Shown in pieces: positions 52,860 through 64,000 of a stretch of DNA of 64,000 nt. A program made the position numbers and the translations under genes. The stretch comes from the human T2T-CHM13v2.0 reference genome, Homo sapiens. A model generated the notes under the pieces. The model saw only the letters and a list, made by a program, of their open reading frames with translations. It searched no databases and had not been told where the DNA came from. Numbering within the stretch: the first letter of the stretch is position 1; every line of letters starts with the position of its first letter. Where the stretch lies: NCBI RefSeq assembly GCF_009914755.1, contig NC_060936.1, one strand, 5' to 3'.

Positions 52860-53175
52860 TCTTTAAAAAAAAAAAACTTTATTGAGGTAAAATTGACATA
52901 AACTGCATGTATTTAAAATGTATAATTTTATATTATGACACATGCATTCACCTGTGAAACCATCACCCCAATCAAAACAGTGAGCGCATTCACCATGCCC
53001 CAAAGGTTCCTCATGTCCCTTTGTAATCTCTTCCTCCCTTCACACTAACCCCAGCCAACTACTGATCTGTTCTGTCACTACAGATTAGTCTGTATTTTCT
53101 AGAATTTTATATAAATGGAATCAATCATACACTGTCTGGACTCTTTTACTCAGCATAATTATTTTGAGATTCACC
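52860..53175 (-). mobile_element. L1M-type 3' fragment
   Basis: TTTATTGAGGTAAAATTGAC...CCTGTGAAACCATCACC...AACTACTGATCTG, typical of antisense old L1 3' ends. Confidence 0.75.
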
Positions 53176-53469
53176 AGGATTCAGTTCTAAAGTAGCATGA
53201 GCCCTCTTGACACTTTATTTTCTCCCCTTGTTCCCTACAGAAATTTGCGCACATTTCTGGCTCAATCACTTCACCCATTAGATCCTCTCCAGAAAGAAGA
53301 AAATTATAAAGCTCCATTGACTACTAGAAAGGAGTATGCTCCTTTCCCAAGGAAGAACTTTCACAGCTACCACAAACCCACAACACTGTTAACCAACTTC
53401 AAGCTACTCTCCCTTCAAAAAGAAGTAAAATCAGACAAAGCTTAAATGGTTATAGAATCTATAAAATCT

Positions 53470-53914
53470 TATATATATATATATATTTTGAGATGGAGTC
53501 TCGCTCTGTCACCCAGGCTGGAGTGCAGTGACATGATCTCGGCTCACTGTAAGCTCTGCCTCCTGGGTTCACATCATTCTCCTGCCTCAGCCTCCTGAGT
53601 AGCTGGGACTACAGGTGCCCGCCACCACGCTAATTTTTTCTATTTTTTAGTACAGACAGGGTTTCACTGTGTTAGCCAGGATGGTCTTGATCTCCTGATC
53701 TCGTGATCCGCCCGCCTCAGCCTCCCAAAGTGCTGGGATTACAGTCGTGAGCCACCACGCCCAGCCTGCCCGGCTAATTTTTAAGATTTTTTTTGTAGAG
53801 ATGGAGTCTTGGTATATTGCCCAAACTGGTCTTGAACTCCTGGACTTAAGTGATCCTCCCACCTCAGCCTCCCAAAGTGTTGGGATTAGAGGTGTGAGCC
53901 ATCGCACCCAGCCT
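53470..53914 (-). mobile_element. AluY-like element plus Alu monomer
   Basis: Reverse Alu consensus with GTTAGCCAGGATGGTCTTGATCTCC. Confidence 0.9.
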
Positions 53915-54546
53915 TAAATTCTTTCCTTTATCTTAAGCAAGCTGAAAAAACAAGAAGAGAACTTTGTAGACATCTGTCCTTCAGAAAGATTGGGTCCCTC
54001 CCTGGAGGAGGAATCTTTACTTTGCTATACACTATTTGGGTTCAGTCAATCTACTGTCTCCCAGTGATGGAGTATCTATACTGCAGGGATGGCTGCTTCT
54101 TTATCACTTACTATCACTACCTGGGAAATCCTGTAATGAAGCCTACACAGTTCTCCAACCACAAACTAAGAATCAGAAGTTGATACTCTACACACAGATT
54201 CATGTCCTCAATTGCCGAAGTCAAACATGTTTAGCTACAACAATAGTTTGCAGAGGTTTCTCCTTATACAGGTTACTGACTGTACTTCAACCCTGAAGAC
54301 TTCTTTCCCTTCTTTACTGGAAACTCTCCCAGATGTCACATCTATTCCCAGTGTAGCCCTAGAAATGGAATTAAATAAACAGACAAATGGATAGCAATGC
54401 TTCAAGAAAATTGTCACAACAGATATTTTCCTCTCCTTCAAATCAGTTTAAAGGGTAAGAAGGGTAAGACCCAGAAGTCTTTCAAGAAGCAAAGTTAGCC
54501 TCATCCTGACATAAGTTAGATGGTCTGCCAGGCTACTGCTTTGTGA

Positions 54547-54702
54547 TTTTTTTTTTTTTTTTTTTTGAGACAGGATCTCACTCTGTCACCCAGGCTGGAG
54601 TGCAGTGATGCGATCATAGCTCACTGCAGCCTCAAACTCCTGCGTTCAGGGAGTGGTGGCATGTGCCTGTAGTTCTAGCTACTCAGAAGGCTGTGGTTAG
54701 AG
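54547..54702 (-). mobile_element. 5'-truncated, 5'-inverted Alu
   Basis: Minus-strand 3' part joined to a plus-strand upstream part; TSD TACTG(C/T)TTTGT. Confidence 0.75.
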
Positions 54703-54828
54703 TACTGTTTTGTTCACCTTGTGGTGGCTCTTCAGCAGCTGCCTGGAGACTTGGTTTACTTAGGGCTAGATAAATTATCTTTAGAGGGCCAGAGAGTCAT
54801 TCACACAATTGCAAAGTCATATAGTTGA

Positions 54829-58343
<3,515 letters not shown>

Positions 58344-58719
58344 TTTAGTCAGTCATTCTACTGAGACCACCAGCCTCTTGAAGAGCTGTATAAAACAAAA
58401 TAATTCTTACACTGAGAAAAATGAAGCAGCAGAGGAAAGGGCACCTCCCCAGACTTCCCTGTTCTTCCACATTCATTGATCTAACCCAGATTTCTTTTGG
58501 CGCTTGCCTTCCCCTGAGAATACATGATCAGGGAAGGAGACCTTATCCCCAATCCCTGGGAGATGGATATAAATTAGTTAAACCAATTGTGGTAATTCTG
58601 TTTCCTTTTTGTGACTGGTTTTAGAAGGGACAAGTGAGACACAAAGGGACTTTGTTGAATGGAAAAGGTTTCCTATTTTATTTAAAATTTTTTTAAGCCT
58701 CTGGAAGAAACAGGTATCT

Positions 58720-59860
<1,141 letters not shown>

Positions 59861-59866
59861 CCTGGG

Positions 59867-59941
59867 AGATAGTTAAAAAAAAAAAAAAGGGTATATTAAG
59901 AAGATAGTTAAAAAAAAAAAAAAAAAAAAAGGGTATATTAA
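59867..59941. repeat. Tandem duplication AGATAGTT(A)nGGGTATATTAA x2 (A14 and A21)
   Basis: Read directly. Confidence 0.9.
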
Positions 59942-59951
59942 CAGAGGAACG

Positions 59952-62542
<2,591 letters not shown>

Positions 62543-63348
62543 CCTTAAACAGCTAAAATAAAGCCAGTAGTAGCTTAAAAGGCAGAGAAGTAATTCCATT
62601 CTTAATAGTTTCTTTGGTATAGAGAAGAAATTAAGGGTTTGGGAGGTTTTTGATGGGAGAAGAAAGGAACTACTTCATATGTAATGGTGACTAGAACAAA
62701 GCAGACATTAGGCTCCCAGGAGGGCCTAGATGTGTGCTTCCCTACAACCTATTTGTGTACAGTGTACATTTCATCCAGCCAAATAGTACAATTTCAAAGG
62801 CAAGATGTCTCCTGAGGATACTCAGTAGCTCAAAGCTGCACAGAGGGGACTGTGAGATGTCGGGGGAACAGGTGGGGCAGTGAAGAAATAGGATAATACA
62901 GGGGAAGATTATTGGAAGCCAAGATTCACCTATTTTTTTCAGGGAGAATACTGCATATTCCCTATAATTTTTTTTACTGCTAGGGTAAGTACCTTCCATA
63001 ATAGAGTGAGATTATATATCCTTCCATCAATTTATAAACAACTTTCTAGGCATTGAGCCAAAAGGAATATGTTAGATAGGGGATATTCAGAGACAGAAGA
63101 ATAATTTCATTTTCTCACTTTTAATCTATGGCCAAGTAGAGAGAATGCAAGCAAGACAACGATATCTAGGTGCTAAAAATTCTGGTCTACCCTGTGGCAA
63201 ATTCCTTGGAAGCTTTCCGGTCCTGTACTAATTTGTTTATCAATCATAAGTTACTCTCAATTGATACATTTTAAAAAATGTTTAAAATCTAGGGGCTCAG
63301 GAGAATAAACAAATGTAATATTATTTAATAATAAAAAAGACTGAACTA

Positions 63349-63585
63349 TAGGCTGAGCATCCCTAATGAGAAAATCTGAAATCTGAAAGAGTACAAAATC
63401 CAAAGCTTTTTGAGCACCAATATGATGCTCAAGGGATGTACACAGGAACATTTCCAATTTTGGGTTTTGGATTATGGATGGTCAACCATAATATTCCAAA
63501 ATTTAAAAAAATTTCCAAAATCCAAAAAATCTTAAATCTGAAATACAGACAGTCCCAAGCATTTTGGGTAAAGGTTGCTCAACCT
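63349..63585. mobile_element. Tigger4a/MER46-like non-autonomous DNA transposon (MITE)
   Basis: TIRs AGGCTGAGCATCC ... GGTTGCTCAACCT, TA flanks, internal AAATCTGAAA repeats, about 237 bp. Confidence 0.75.
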
Positions 63586-63621
63586 TACTGTACATACTGA
63601 GACACACAAAAACATGGATAG

Positions 63622-63962
<341 letters not shown>

Positions 63963-64000
63963 TTAAAGAAAGTAGACTCTCCTCCCCACCCCCTGCCACC

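Overview
This is primate (almost certainly human) genomic DNA: Alu-dense intronic sequence carrying most coding exons of R3HDM2 (R3H domain containing 2; R3HDM1/ARPP21 family RNA-binding protein) on the minus strand. I reconstructed 21 GT-AG exons from the ATG exon (52510-52709, MSNSNTTQ...) down to exon 218-365. Every exon phase is compatible, giving one continuous reading frame. The gene runs off both ends: promoter and 5'UTR exons lie to the right, and the last coding exons to the left. Encoded modules are an ARPP-21/RCS-like N-terminus, the R3H domain, the SUZ domain, a polyQ tract and a long P/Q/S-rich low-complexity region. The introns hold dozens of Alus, a 5'-truncated L1PB-like element, L2/MIR relics, an MLT1-like LTR piece and a Tigger4a-like MITE. 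Almost all other ORF-track entries are Alu-derived or antisense artefacts. I see no prokaryotic-type system (no CRISPR array, operon or RNA gene). The best leads are in isoform architecture: frame-preserving cassette exons that can remove the SUZ core, a candidate internal promoter, a candidate alternative first coding exon, and a competing donor giving an RCS-sized peptide. There are also repair and retrotransposition scars: a templated insertion inside an Alu, a 5'-inverted Alu, a 70-bp tandem duplication and a perfect 34-bp palindrome.
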